From Malacoraja senta (taxonomy: Eukaryota): a stretch of 64,000 nt of DNA. A program made the translations under genes and the position numbers. The first letter of the stretch is position 1; every line of letters begins with the position of its first letter. Shown one piece after another: positions 26,738 to 38,995 of the stretch. The DNA lies in NCBI GenBank assembly GCA_038087875.1, contig CM075978.1, positions 178,064,001 to 178,128,000 of the forward strand. The letters are read 5' to 3'. The notes beneath the pieces were generated by a model, which saw only the letters and a list, made by a program, of their open reading frames with translations, searched no databases and had not been told where the DNA came from.

Positions 26738-28470
26738 GCACAAAATGCTGGTAGAACCCAGCGGGTCAGCTAGAATTGAAAAGGAACATGGATAGGTGAT
26801 GTTTTGGGTCAGGACCCTTCTTCAGACTGATGGTGTTTTTGGGGGGTGGAAATGAAAGCTGGAGGAGAAGAGAGGTTGGACAAAGCCTGGCAGGTAAGTG
26901 GTGGATACAGGTGTTTTTTTGTGATAGGAAGATGAAAAGACAGGTGTGAGACAAAATGATTGAAGAGATGTGAATTGTGAAGCTAGAGGAAGGAATGTAG
27001 GTAGAAAGCAGAGGTGAGTGGATAAATAGTTAAGGGTCAAGGTGTACACAAGGGAAGTGGCAGAGGGGGTTTGTAGTTACCTAAAATTGGAGACTTCGAT
27101 GTTCATATCATTGTGTTGTAAACTACCCAAGGAGAATACGAGGCGCTGTTCCTCCAGCTTGCAACTGACCTCACTCTGGTAATGGAGGAGGCCATTGGAA
27201 TGGGAACAGTTGTGTTAGCAAGTTTAGCAATTGTTAGTAATTGGGAGATCCAGTAGGACTTGGCGGACCGAGCACAAGTGTTCAGCGAAACTGTCGTCGA
27301 ATCTATGCTTGGACTCACCAATGCAAAGGTGGCCACATGGGGAACACCAGATGCAGTAGGTGAGGTTAGAGGAGGTGCACGTGAACCTGTCTTACCTGGA
27401 AGGACTGCTGTGGTTCCTAGATGGAGGTGAGGCAGGAGGTACAGGGACAAGTGTTGCATCTCCTGTGGTAGCAGTGAAAAGTTCTTGGGGGGGGGGGGCG
27501 ATTTGGGTGGCAAAGAATAAGTGAACCAAGGAGTTGCGGAGTGAGCAGTCTCTGTAGAAGACGGAAAGAGGTGAGGATGCAAAGATGTGACTGTCGATGG
27601 GATCACTTTGGAGGTGGCAGAAATGTCAGAGAATGATGTGTTGGACGTGGAGGCCGGTGGGGTAAAAGGCGAGGACCAGAGGAACTCAATCCTCGTTCCG
27701 TCTGTGGGGAGAGAGAGTGAGAACAGAACAGAGGGACACAGAGGAGACACGGGTGAGGGATCCATCTATGACAGCAGGAGGCAAAACCAGTTCACCGAAG
27801 AAAGAGGATGTCTCAGATATCCTAGAATGGAAAGCTTCATTTTGGATTCAGATGCGGCTTCGATGGAGAAATTGAGAATAGGGGATGGGTCTTTACAGGA
27901 GGCAGGGTGGGAGGGGGTGCTTTCCAAATAACTGTGGGAGTGGCAGGCTTGTCGTGGGCATCATTTGTTAGTCAATCGCCTGTGATGAAGATAGAGAGAT
28001 CAAGAAAGGGAAGAGAGTCCCAACAGGGATTGTCCAACTAAATTTGAGGATAGGGTGGAGGTTAGTGGTAAAGTTAATGAAATCAAACAAATCTGCACAG
28101 GTGCAGGAGGCAATCCTGATGCTGTCATTGATGTAGTGGAGCTGGACTTTGGGATAGTGCCAGTGTACATTTGCAACAAGGACTATTCTACATAACCAAA
28201 AGAGCACAGCTGGGGCCCATGCGAGTGCCCATATGGCTACACCTTTAACTCCAATAAAGTGAGAGGAATTAAAATAAGTTGTTGGAGGTGAGGACAAGTT
28301 CTGCCAGGCAGAGGAGATTGTTAGCGGGTGGAAATTGATGAGGTCTCTGTTCGAGGAAATACCGGTGAGGGATGGAGGTGCAGAGGAACTGAACATCCAT
28401 TCAAGAATAACCGGAGGATGGAGAAGGGATAGACTCAGAGGCTGGGATGATGAGGAGCTTATGGTCATTA
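26738..28470 (-). mobile_element. Decayed Penelope-like element (RT, GIY-YIG, 3' terminal repeat)
   Basis: GVKGVA / HYIND RT remnants (27968..28468); GIY-YIG-like region about 27100-27400; degenerate hammerhead motif about 26797-26825. Confidence 0.88.
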
Positions 28471-29084
28471 TGAAGCATGATTTTTACCTGCCTGCGTAAC
28501 ATGGAGGGGGGAAATGGGTAACTGCCCGGGTCCATGTTACAGGCCTGGGAGAATGGAACGGTTTGTAATTATGCTGAAGGGATTGAGTATCCTGCTCCCT
28601 TATCTCTGAGATATGAGCACTGGATAGAGGCAACTATTTTCATCAATTCAGGGATTCACAATAAACAACTTGATATTGTACCAAATTAAGTCACAAATCC
28701 ATGTATTTAACTTTGCCAAAATGCATTCAAGATTACGGTAGGAATCACTAATGTTTATAAAACAATACGATATGGGTCACAACACAAAATGGACATGCCT
28801 GACTGAAGGAGAAAATGGCTTGCGGACACTTCTCAGGATAGAGACACTTACGTGACCCAAGGGCTGATTGCAACTAGCCTGAATTGGCATCTTAATTGAT
28901 CTTAAAAGTGATCATGCAGTTAACAGCTAACTTCAAGTATGCAATCAGAATATTTTAAGTGAGTTGATATTTACAAGGTTGCCAGGAAGCATACACAACA
29001 TCCGGACTGTGTCAGTGCTTAATGGGTTGTCCTCTCCAGATTTCCTCTCCCACTCACTGTTTATCTCTCCACGGATGCTGACTG

Positions 29085-29730
29085 ACCACAGCAGTACAGC
29101 TGGTGGAGCTGCTGCTTCACAACTCTATTGACCCTGATTTGATTCTGACCTTGGGTCAGGTTTGTGTGGAGTTTAAACATTCATCTTGTGAGCACGAGTT
29201 TCCTCCGGGTGCTCCGGTTTCCTCCCAAATCCCAAAGATGTGCAGGTCTGTAGGTTAATTGTGAGCTGTAAATGGTATGTAGGTGAGTGGGCGAATCTGG
29301 GGGGGGGGGGGGGGGCAGTTGATTAGAATGTGAAGAGAATAAAATGAAAATCGAGTGAATGGATGGCTAATGGTGGGCACAGACTTGGTGGGCTAAAGGG
29401 CCGGTTTTGTGCTGTATGGCTTGTGGGCAGCACGGTGGCACAGCGGTAGAGTTGCTGTCTTACAGCGCTTGCAGCGCTGGAGACCCGGGTTCGATCCCGA
29501 CTACAGGGGTTGTTTCTACGGAGTTTGTACGTTTCTTCCCCTGACCGCTTGGGTTTTCTCCGTTATCTTCGGTTTCCTCCCACACTCCAAAAACGTACAG
29601 GTTTGTAGGTTAATTGGCTTGGGTTTGTACACTTGGAATAAATGTCCCAAATGTGTGTAGGCCTGTGCGGGGAGTGCGGACTTGATGGGCCAAAGGTCCT
29701 TTTTCCACGCTGCATCTCTAAACTAAATCT
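29085..29730 (+). mobile_element. Two tandem HE1/V-SINEs (older 29085-29420, younger 29425-29730)
   Basis: Two heads, two V-domains, two tails. Confidence 0.88.
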
Positions 29731-30200
29731 AAAAAAAAATCTAAATCTGAAAAAAAACCCTTCTTGACCTGCATAGTATTGCCAGCAGTTTAGGTGTAGA
29801 AACTCAAGAAACATACAGCATGGAAACAGGTACTTTGACCCACTGAGTTGACGCTAACTTTCAAGTGCTCATGCATGCCAATCTTATTTTACATTAGGTG
29901 AATGACCTATTTGACCTCACACACCCAAGATCAAATTAAGGAGTGAAGTGGAACGTCTCTCTGGATGTCCACAGTGGATTTTTAAGCATTTGTTGCCTTA
30001 TCGTTGAGTGGTTAGCATGTAACAAAAGCTTTTCACTGTACCTCAGTTCACGTGACAATACACTAAACTCAAAAGAGTGGTGTGGAACTGTAGTTATGTA
30101 TCTGACCGGGGTCTGTCAGAAGTGAGGGAGGCATTGAGAATGGGAGGGTGAGATGGTGACTAGAAAGGGAATCAGGCACGGGCAGGTTAAAGCAGCAGGT

Positions 30201-30340
30201 AGACAAACGTCTGAAGAAGGGTTTTGGTCCGAAACGTTGCCTATTTCCTTCGCTCCATAGATGCTGCCACACCCGCTGAGTTTCTCCAGCACTTTTGTCT
30301 ACCTTCGATTTTCCAGCATCTGCAGTTCCTTCTTAAACAC
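30201..30340 (+). mobile_element. Solo Penelope terminal-repeat insertion with hammerhead motif and 14-bp TSD
   Basis: TSD ttaaagcagcaggt at 30187-30200 and 30341-30354; CTGAAGA...GAAAcgTT at 30211-30238. Confidence 0.9.
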
Positions 30341-30769
30341 TTAAAGCAGCAGGTTCTCCCTGCAGGGAGCATGGGCGCTGAGCAATGGCGGCATTTGGCT
30401 TGTGGTGTGGGAATTGGTGGTTGCATGCAGAGATCATTTCCAAGCAAGGTTGTGAAGGGCCTGGCCTGGCAGTGTCTGTGCCAGCTGCAACTCCTTCTTG
30501 CTGCAGCTGGCAGCTTCTAATGCTTGGCCAATGTGTAATGAGCTGTTGATGGTTTCCAATCTGCTTAAACAGGAAGCCAGTGAGCTGGTGGAAGCCTCAG
30601 TGTGGATGTGGCAGAGGTTGTGTCTTCAGATGTTCCCGCAGCCTGGACCACTGTGCGAGTCGGGGTCCATCAAAGAGGAAACAAGTTGTGTAGGTCACAT
30701 GCACTCTAGCTTCCTCTAACCATTCTGGATGGCAACAGGAGCCAGCTGTTGGAGAATGTACCCTCATCC

Positions 30770-31220
30770 ATCAAGCTGGTGAGGGTACAGGGAAGATTTA
30801 CGAGGATGTTGCCTGGGCTACAGGGTCTGAGCTATAGGGAGAGGTTGAATAAGCTGGGAGTCTATACGTTGGGTGATCTTATGGAGGTGTATAAAAGCAT
30901 GAGAGGAATAGATCAGGTAGATGTACAGAGTCTCTATCCCAGAGTAGATAAATTGAAGACCAGAGAACATAGGTTTAAGGTGAAGGAGAAAAGATTTAAT
31001 AGAAACAAAGGGTGGTGGGTGTGTGGAACAAGCTGCCAGAGGAAGTAGGTGAGGCAGAGACTATCCCAACATTTAAGAAACAGTTAAGACAGGTACATGG
31101 ATAGGACAGGTTTGGAGGCATATGGGCCAAACGTAGGCAGGTGGGACTCGTGTAGCTGGGACATGTTGGCCGGTGTGAGCAAGTTGGGCCAAGTGGCCAC
31201 ACTGTATCACTCTATGACTC
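30770..31220 (+). mobile_element. CR1 3' fragment
   Basis: RVQGRFTRMLPGLQGLSYRERL. Confidence 0.9.
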
Positions 31221-31694
31221 TACGAGAAGAATGAGCAACAATGCCAATATATGATCCCAAGGCCTTGAGTCGTGAGCAGTTTTCCCATGAGCTGGGAGAA
31301 CCAGTGTTTTATACACTATTTGTGATGACATTTGATCTCCGCCAAGGCGATGGCAGGAAGGACAGTGAGCCTCTAAACGCCGAAGGTTAGGTGAAAATAA
31401 AATCCTGAAAGATAAAGGGATAACGTACAAGGACATACCCAGAACTGACGGATTTTTTTTCATCAGCAGCAGATTGATTTAAATAAGGAGTTTAATATGC
31501 TAGAGGATGCAATAAGGTTGATAAAGGGAAACTGTTTACTCTGGTGGGGGCATCATGAACACAGACACAACCTTAAGCTGATGCTGGCAGTTTGTGAGCT
31601 AATGTGGGGAAACAATTCTCCCATGAAATACCAGAGGAAACTTGGAACACACTCTAGAGGCTGAAAGGCAAAGTGACTGGAACTGACATTAGCT

Positions 31695-31788
31695 GGACAC
31701 AAAAAGCTGGAGTAACTCAGCGGGTTAGGCAGCATTCTGGGAGAAAAGGAATAGGTGACATTTTGGGTCGAGACCCTTCTTCAGACTT
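31695..31788 (-). mobile_element. Penelope terminal-repeat arm with mutated hammerhead motif
   Basis: gctggagtaactcagcggg...gacattttgggtcgagacccttcttcagact. Confidence 0.8.
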
Positions 31789-32469
31789 TAGCGAGTTTGT
31801 GTCTGCCACGAGTCACAAAGTCATGGTGAAGAGATGGTGACAAGGTATGTTCTGGCCGACTGGCTCAATGAGCTTGATGGGCTGAATGGCCTTCTACGGT
31901 TCCCATGCTTCAGGGGGGTCCCCACTGCACAGATAGGCTCACAGATGTCACACTGGGCAGCACGGAGTACAGACATTGTCCCCACCCCAGTCAGCACACT
32001 GATACAAATAGCAGGGGAGGGGTAGGGGGGTGGCGCATTGGCTGTGAAACCAATTGACAGTACCAAGGACGGGGTGGGGAGGGAGAAAGCTGGCAATGAA
32101 AGAGATCACAGAATAATCACGGATATGAAAGTGTTTGCTACAGACAAAAGAGATGCATGTACTATACTTGTAGGAACAGGGAACTCTTTGATCTATGGGT
32201 CCCATTGAGGATAATAGATGCATGGCAGTGAGTTTAAAGCATTAATTCATTCGTGAGCCTAATAAACCATGACAGCAGAGGTAAAGCATCGGCAGAAATG
32301 ATCAATTGAATTGTTGTCTTAAACAGTGCAGCAACCATGTGCAGGGTGCTCCCTAAAGGAGTCTAATTTCCAAGTATGTGCTTTCTGTGCAGTCACTGGG
32401 TACCGGAGGTTTCAGGGCAGAATGAGAGGGGAAGAGGAAATTAAGAAATTGGGGAAATTAGGAAATAAG

Positions 32470-35100
32470 AGAAATCCCAGTAAACACTGACACAGGCTGG
32501 GACGTTGGCGATATGAACTCACTCCCACTGACCAGTAAATACTGACAGCCGGGGACTGCTCATATTCCCCAGTCATTGTAAATATTAACTAACTCCTGAA
32601 GACCCCAGTAAATAATGACACAGACTGGGGATGCACCTATTCCCCGATCCATTGTAAAAGTTAACTCTGTGTTGGCACCCGGCGGTTAGGCCACTTGCTA
32701 CGTGAACCCTTGGCAGTCGGGGGTAGGGTCACGTGACTGGGCAATGACGGGAAAGAGGGGTATAGGGGTGTGTCCTAGTATATATAACGAACCCCGGGTT
32801 AACCTTCTCTCTCTCTTCGCATGTGTGTCCCGTCACCTCAGCGAGAGCTCAGCTCGAGCCCACAAAGCAACAGCCTGGCAGTAGCAACAATGACTTTTGG
32901 ACTAAACGTGCATGTATATCTAATCTATAATGCCTGAATAAAGAAACCGTTTATTCACGACGTTTGGTGTCTCTACATTGGTGACCCCAACGTTCCAAAA
33001 CGGAATTTTTTGATTTCCCGACGCACGCAGCCAACCGCCCACTTCTACCGTGGTGACCTGATGTCTGCAGCCGGCAGCCCAGCTCGACAGTGATTACAGA
33101 GCCGTCAACTCCGCATGGCACCCAGACGCTGCCTTGGGCCCCACCGCCGTGATTGGACCGCTCGACTCCTGCCAGTAACGTGCCTTTGGCCTCGCCGCCG
33201 CGGTCGGCCGCTCACTTCCCGCCTGTGCCTGGTCTCGCCGATCGTCGGCAGTCCGGGTCGATGGGTGCGATCCCGGCCTTGATTGACGGCTGACGGCCCT
33301 CCCTCCCGCTCCAGCAGGCTTACCTGGGGCGGGTGTCTGCTGATGTCCGCCTGCTCCTCGCGGTTTCCGAAGATCTTCGGCTGCTGGCGGCCCGTCCAGT
33401 CGAGCTGTGGTCAGCCCAGCAGTGGGGTGGAGACTCGGTTGGTCGCGAGTCGGCGGTCCCGCGATGGATCCCTCGTTCGCTTCCAGTCTCCGCTGAGGGC
33501 GCGGCAGTGCAGCCGGTCTCCGATGACACCGGCGACGGTGGGTGGAGTTCCAACCTGCAGTGGTGGGGCAAGGCCTGTCGATGCCGGCCGCCCCGCACGC
33601 ATCCGGGAATCGCCTCATTTGGCCGCCAGTAAAGGCTGCCTCGGTCGGCTGCCAAAATGGCCGCTGCGGCCTACTACCACATGGCCGCCGCAGTCAACTG
33701 CCAAAATGGCCACCGCGGCCAGCTGGAAGCGACACTTGACCTGCTCTGTACGCTGTCAACAGCACCACCTTCAGGCCGGATGCCGTCTCTGCAGCCTGAC
33801 TGCCGTCAACAGCGCCACCTCAGGTCCGATGGTGTCTCTGCAGCCTGACCGCCGTCAACAGCACCACCTCAGGTCGGATGGTGTCACTACAGCCTCCAGT
33901 TTGATGCACAGCTTCTAATCGTACATTGGACAATTCGAACTTTGGTTTCCTGTCCTACCCTGCTTGATTCGAACCATAGAACTTCCGGCATCTGACCACT
34001 TTGGACTTTGCTGTATGTTTGTTCAGTGTAGTTATTTTTTTCATTTTACACTGTAATGACCTAGCTTAATATTGCTATTAGTTTCTTGTTATTTCTTTGT
34101 TGTTGTATTTGCATTGTTTCCGACGTCGCCCAGCCATCGCTGGGCACCATATTTGTCAGGACACGATCCCCTGCTGGTTGACGTGACGGGCCTGTACCTG
34201 CGGCTTTTGCGTTGGTCTCCTTGCAACCCTCGGCATATAGCCCACAGCCGGAGCGTCGACTGCACCTGCCGGCCCCACCATCCCAACCCACAGCAGGAGC
34301 CACTCTCGACCATGCTTGCGCACCTTAGAAGGTGAGCTCACTCCTTCCCATTTCGACATCTGCCCTCACGGTCTGCCTGTGTGGTTACGAGTTCAGGTTG
34401 CCGCGTTTTGTCGGCCTGCTCATTTTCCTGCCTCCGGTTCTGGGGGGGGGGGGGTTCTGTGGCGGCACCACGTGGTTAGGCCACTTGCTATGGGGGTTAG
34501 GGGGTTAGGGTTACGTGACTGGGGAATTGCAGGGAGGAATTGTCACGGGGTATAGGGGTGTGTCCTAGTATATATAACGAACCCCGGGTCAACCTTCTCT
34601 CTCTCTTCCTCTTCTCTCTTCGCGTGAGTGTCCTGCTACCTCAGCAAGAGCTCAGCTCAAGCCCACGAGGCAACAGCCTCGCAGCAGCAACAATAACTTT
34701 TGTGTTAGAGGAGTAAACGTGCATGTGTATCTAACCTATAATGCCTGAATAAAGAAACCGTTTATTCACCACGCTTTGTGTCTCTACAACTCACCCCATA
34801 ACTCCAAGTAAATACTGACACACAATCGGAAGCTGTGCATACTCACTGGTCATTGTAAATGGTTACTGATTGACACAGGACCCCTGTAAATACTGACACA
34901 TTCTGGGACTACTGCATTTTCTTTGCTCCTTCTTAAATAGTAACTCACTCTCACAGTCTGGAGACTGTCCCAAATCATTGTAAATATTAACTGCCACCCA
35001 CAGACCCAATCTTGGGATTCTACATTTTCCTGGTTCCTTTCAAAACATTAGCTCCTTCCCACAGACCCCAGTAATTACTGAGATTCCGGGGACTGCCTGT
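32470..35100. repeat. Degenerate tandem repeat of about 80 bp, split by the LTR element
   Basis: Recurring ccagtaaatactgacaca...cattgtaaatattaact units at 32470-32667 and 34789-35100. Confidence 0.75.
32668..34788 (+). mobile_element. Non-autonomous Gypsy-type LTR retrotransposon (LTRs 32668-32977 and 34458-34788)
   Basis: TG...CA LTRs with TATA and AATAAA; PBS tggtgaccccaacgt (tRNA-Trp type) at 32979-32993; poly-G PPT before 34458; 4-bp TSD actc. Confidence 0.93.
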
Positions 35101-35284
35101 ATATTGTAGAGAAACATCAGTCTGTTAAATTATCTGTTCCATACTGCGTTTGCCATCAATGAAGATGATGGTGGGGATGGTAAATTGTACCAAGTTGTCT
35201 AACCAGCTTTGATAGAGCACAGCAATAGTACACCAGTAAAATGTTGAATGACTCATTAACTTTGAAAGGAAGTCACTGCATTTA

Positions 35285-36810
35285 CAGTGCACTCCATAAT
35301 GTTTGGGACAAAGACCCATCATTTATTTATTTGCCTCTGTACTCCACAATTTGAGATTTTTAATAGAGAGAAAACAAAAATCACGTCAGATTTTATTAAA
35401 GGTCATTTTTATACATTTTGGTTTCACCATGTAGAAATTACAGATGAGTTTATACATAGTCCCCCCATTTCAGGGCACCATAATGTTTGGGACACATGGC
35501 TTCACAGGTGTTTGTAATTGCTCAGGTGTGTTTAATTGCCTCCTTAATGCAGGTATAAGAGAGCTCTCAGCATCTAGTCTTTCCTCCAGTCTTTCCATCA
35601 CCTTTCGAAACTTTTATTGCTGTTTATCAACACGAGGACCAAAGTTGTGCCAATGAAAGTCAAAGAAGCCATTATGAGTGAGAAATAAGAATAAAACTGT
35701 TAGAGACACCAGCCCAAACCTTAGGCTTACCAAAATCAACTATTTGGAACATTATTAAGAAGAAAGGGAGCACTGATGAGCTTACTAATCACAAAGGGAC
35801 TGACAGGCCAAGGAAGACCTCCACAGTTGATGACAGAAGAATTCTCTCTATAATAAAGAAAAATCCCCAAAAACCTGTCCAACAGATCAGAAACACTCTT
35901 CAGGAGTCAGGTGTGGATTTGTCAATGATCACTGCCCGCAGAAGACTTCATGAACAGAAATACAGAGGCTACACTGCAAGATGCAAACCACTAGTTAGCC
36001 GCAAAAATAGATGGCCAGATTAACTTCTATCAGAGTGATGGCAAGAGCAAAGTATGGAGGAGAGAAGGAACTGTCCAAGATCCAAAGCATACCACCTCAT
36101 CTGTGAAACACGGTGGTGAGGGTGTTATGGCCTGGGCATGTATGGCTGCTGAAGGTACTGGCTCACTTATCTTCATTACTGATACAACTGCTGATGGTAG
36201 TAGCATAATGAATCCTATCTGCTCAAGTTGAAACAAATGCCTTAAAACTCATTGGCTGGCTGTTCATTCTACAGCAAGACAATGATCCCAAACATACTGC
36301 TAAAGTAACAAAGGAGTTTTTTCAAAGCCAAAAAATGGTCAATTCTTGAGTGGCCAAGTCAATCATCCGATCTGAACCCAATTGAGCATGCCTTTTATAT
36401 GCCTGAGAGAAAACTGAAGGGGACTAGCCCCCAAAACAAGCATAAGCTAAAGATGACCAATACAGGCCTGGCAAAGCAGAGAAGACACCCAGCAACTGGT
36501 GATGTCCATGAATCGCAGACTTCAAGCACTCATTGCTTGCAAGGGAAATGAAACAAAATACTAAACATGACTACTTTCATTTACATGGCATTGCTGTGTC
36601 CCATACATAATGGTGCCCTCAAATGGGGGGACTATGTATAAACACTGCTGTAATTCCTACATGGTGAAACCAAAATGGATAAAAATGGCCTTTATTAAAA
36701 TCTGACAATGTGCACATGTGATTTTTTTCTATTACGAATCTCAAATTGTGGAGTACAGAGGCAAATAAATAAATGATGGGTCTTTGTCCCAAACATTATG
36801 GAGAGCACTG
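35285..36810 (+). mobile_element. Tc1 DD34E transposon, IR/DR type, decayed transposase (about 35630-36565)
   Basis: About 210-bp TIRs starting cagtgc, TA TSDs, inner/outer direct repeats ccataatgtttgggaca; RPRKT, QQDNDPKH, WPSQSSDLNPIEH. Confidence 0.96.
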
Positions 36811-36812
36811 TA

Positions 36813-37085
36813 GTTTAAGGTGAGAGGAGAAAATTTTGACAGGAACCAGATAGGAAACTTTTTCGCACAGAGCGTGGTGAGTATATAGAACGAGCTGCCA
36901 GACGCGGCAGTTGAGGCAAAATACTATAACAACATTTAAAAGACATTTGGATAGATACATGGATATAAAGGTTTAGAGGGATATGTGCCAAACTCAGGCA
37001 GGTGGGACTAGTGTGGATGGGGCACCTTGGTCAGTAAGGGCAAGTTGGGCTTGTTTCCGCATTGTCTGACTCTTATAACTCAATG
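36813..37085 (+). mobile_element. CR1 3' tail
   Basis: gtttaaggtgagaggag...aacgagctgccaga...gcaggtgggacta. Confidence 0.85.
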
Positions 37086-37429
37086 ACTCGGGCAACATTT
37101 GTCGAGCGAAATGGGCAGTTGATATTTTGGGTATGGACTCTGCTTCAGACTGAAAAGGTATCCTGTATCAAAGCAGTGTGGTCCAGACTTGGATAAGCAT
37201 AGCAGGTATTAAACTTCCAGGTGGTTTACTACCTTTGATTTCTGATGAGATACTTAATGGTTGTAAACATTCAGTGATGATGAATATACTGGGCATGTAC
37301 ATTACACAGGTTCAGCACTCTAAAAGGCATGGTTATGAAGTTCTGCCCATACATTAAGATGAAAAAAGCAGAATTCCTGCAATACTTTAAAGGGGCGTCA
37401 AAGGCCATCCAGCCATCTGCTGCCTGTGT

Positions 37430-38520
37430 AGCGTGTTTGCACTCCCGTTACAATGCTTGTGGGTGAGTGTACGTTTTAAGGGGGAAAAGGCCATGTAACG
37501 GCAAACGCACTCTCATCATTAAACATGCAAGCAGCTTTCTGGAAGAAAAAAACAGGTCCCACCAGGTATGTACATCTTTATTTATTTATAAGCCCCTGGC
37601 ATTGGTCAGTGAGCCGGAAAACTATTACACTCATTTCTCACAGCTCCCTGTAGCTCGGATAATGCAAGACTGCACATTTTACAAGGCACCTCACACGCAG
37701 GCGACAAGGCACTTTCTCCCTAGTAACCCGCCCTAGCTTTCGTTCTGGTGGGCCAACTCCCGTCTCCACACCATTCATATTTGCAGTGTGTGTGGGGGAA
37801 AGAAAGAAAGGTGAGCTTCTCCCTAGCCTAGATTCTATATAACCTAGCATGCAACCCTCGCCCTGAGCTTGATATTCACAACAGGATTAACGCCTTTTTA
37901 TTTGCATGATTGTGAAATACTCACGTCTCTGGTTGCGCCGCTTACTTTTAAACAGAGTCATGCCAAGCCGTGTGGTGTGGTGTGGTGTAGTGTGTCGGGG
38001 GGCAGCTGGAAGCGATCACAGGTTGCAGGTGGAGCTCAACAGCAGCCTCTCTCTCCCTCTCTCTGACACTGACACACACACACACACAGCCTGTCACTTA
38101 ATGCTGCGATCAGCCCAGAGACTGTACCACGTCCCGGGAAGGGGAGGCGAGACTACAAAGCAATGGCTGCCTCCGCCAAGCCTACAATCTCCCAGCTGCA
38201 GGCATGCAGATAATCCTTTTAGTCTCAATTAAATGTAAAGCTGACAGTTCCTTGATCTGCCAGTCCCTGTACATTCAGGTCATAAATAAATAATTCCAAC
38301 GCCTCCCACCTACTAAACGTTTCAATACATTTCTTTGAAGCAGATATGCCAACAGGCAGAGAGAGAAACAACACACACACACACACAGGCGATGGCCACT
38401 TAATACAATGCGGACACATGCAATTTGTCTCAATTCACCCGGTTATTGTAAACGATGATTTAAATGTAATGGCGGTGGCAGTGGGCGTGGTGAGTGTGGC
38501 CCGGGATGCTGTCCGCAAAG
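37430..38520. promoter_or_regulatory. Repeat-free, CpG-retaining unique segment; possible promoter/first-exon region
   Basis: No TE similarity seen; several + strand donor-like sites (gtgagt, gtatgt, gtgagc), CA/CT microsatellites, aatggc motifs. Confidence 0.3.
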
Positions 38521-38624
38521 CCTTGCCTTGCACTAACAGCACAATAAAAGAACAAACAGCATCTAACACAAGGGACACCTATTGTGGCCCCCTATCAGCA
38601 TCGTCTTCTTAAAGCTCTTCCATA

Positions 38625-38995
38625 AGATGTTCATCAGTGATAGGAACAGAATTAGGCCATTCAGCCCATCAAGTCTACTCTGCCATTAAATCATGGCTGA
38701 TCTATTTTTCCCTCAACCCCATTCTGCTGCCTTCTCCCCATAACCCCTGACATCAGTACAAATCAAGAATATATCAATCTCTGTCTTAAAAATATCAATT
38801 GAAGGCGTCCACAGCCTTCTGTGGCAATGAATGAATTCAACAGATTCACCAGCCTCTGACTAAAGAAATTCCTCCTCATCCCCTTCCTAAAGGAATGTCC
38901 TGTTAATCTGAGACTATGACCTCTAGTCCTAGACTCTCCCACTAGTGGAAACATCCACACTATCCAGGCTTATCACTATTCGGTAAGTTTCAATG
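38625..38995 (-). mobile_element. CR1 3' fragment
   Basis: MFPLVGESRTRGHSLRL...RRNFFSQRLVNL. Confidence 0.9.

Noticed and set aside
28497-28540. Short inverted repeat gtaacatgga...tccatgttac
   Set aside because: Only 10 bp, no TSD or second copy seen; insufficient to call an element.
33094-33918. Several 100-210 aa overlapping ORFs
   Set aside because: GC-rich LTR interior; no gag, protease, RT or integrase motifs; openness expected from composition.
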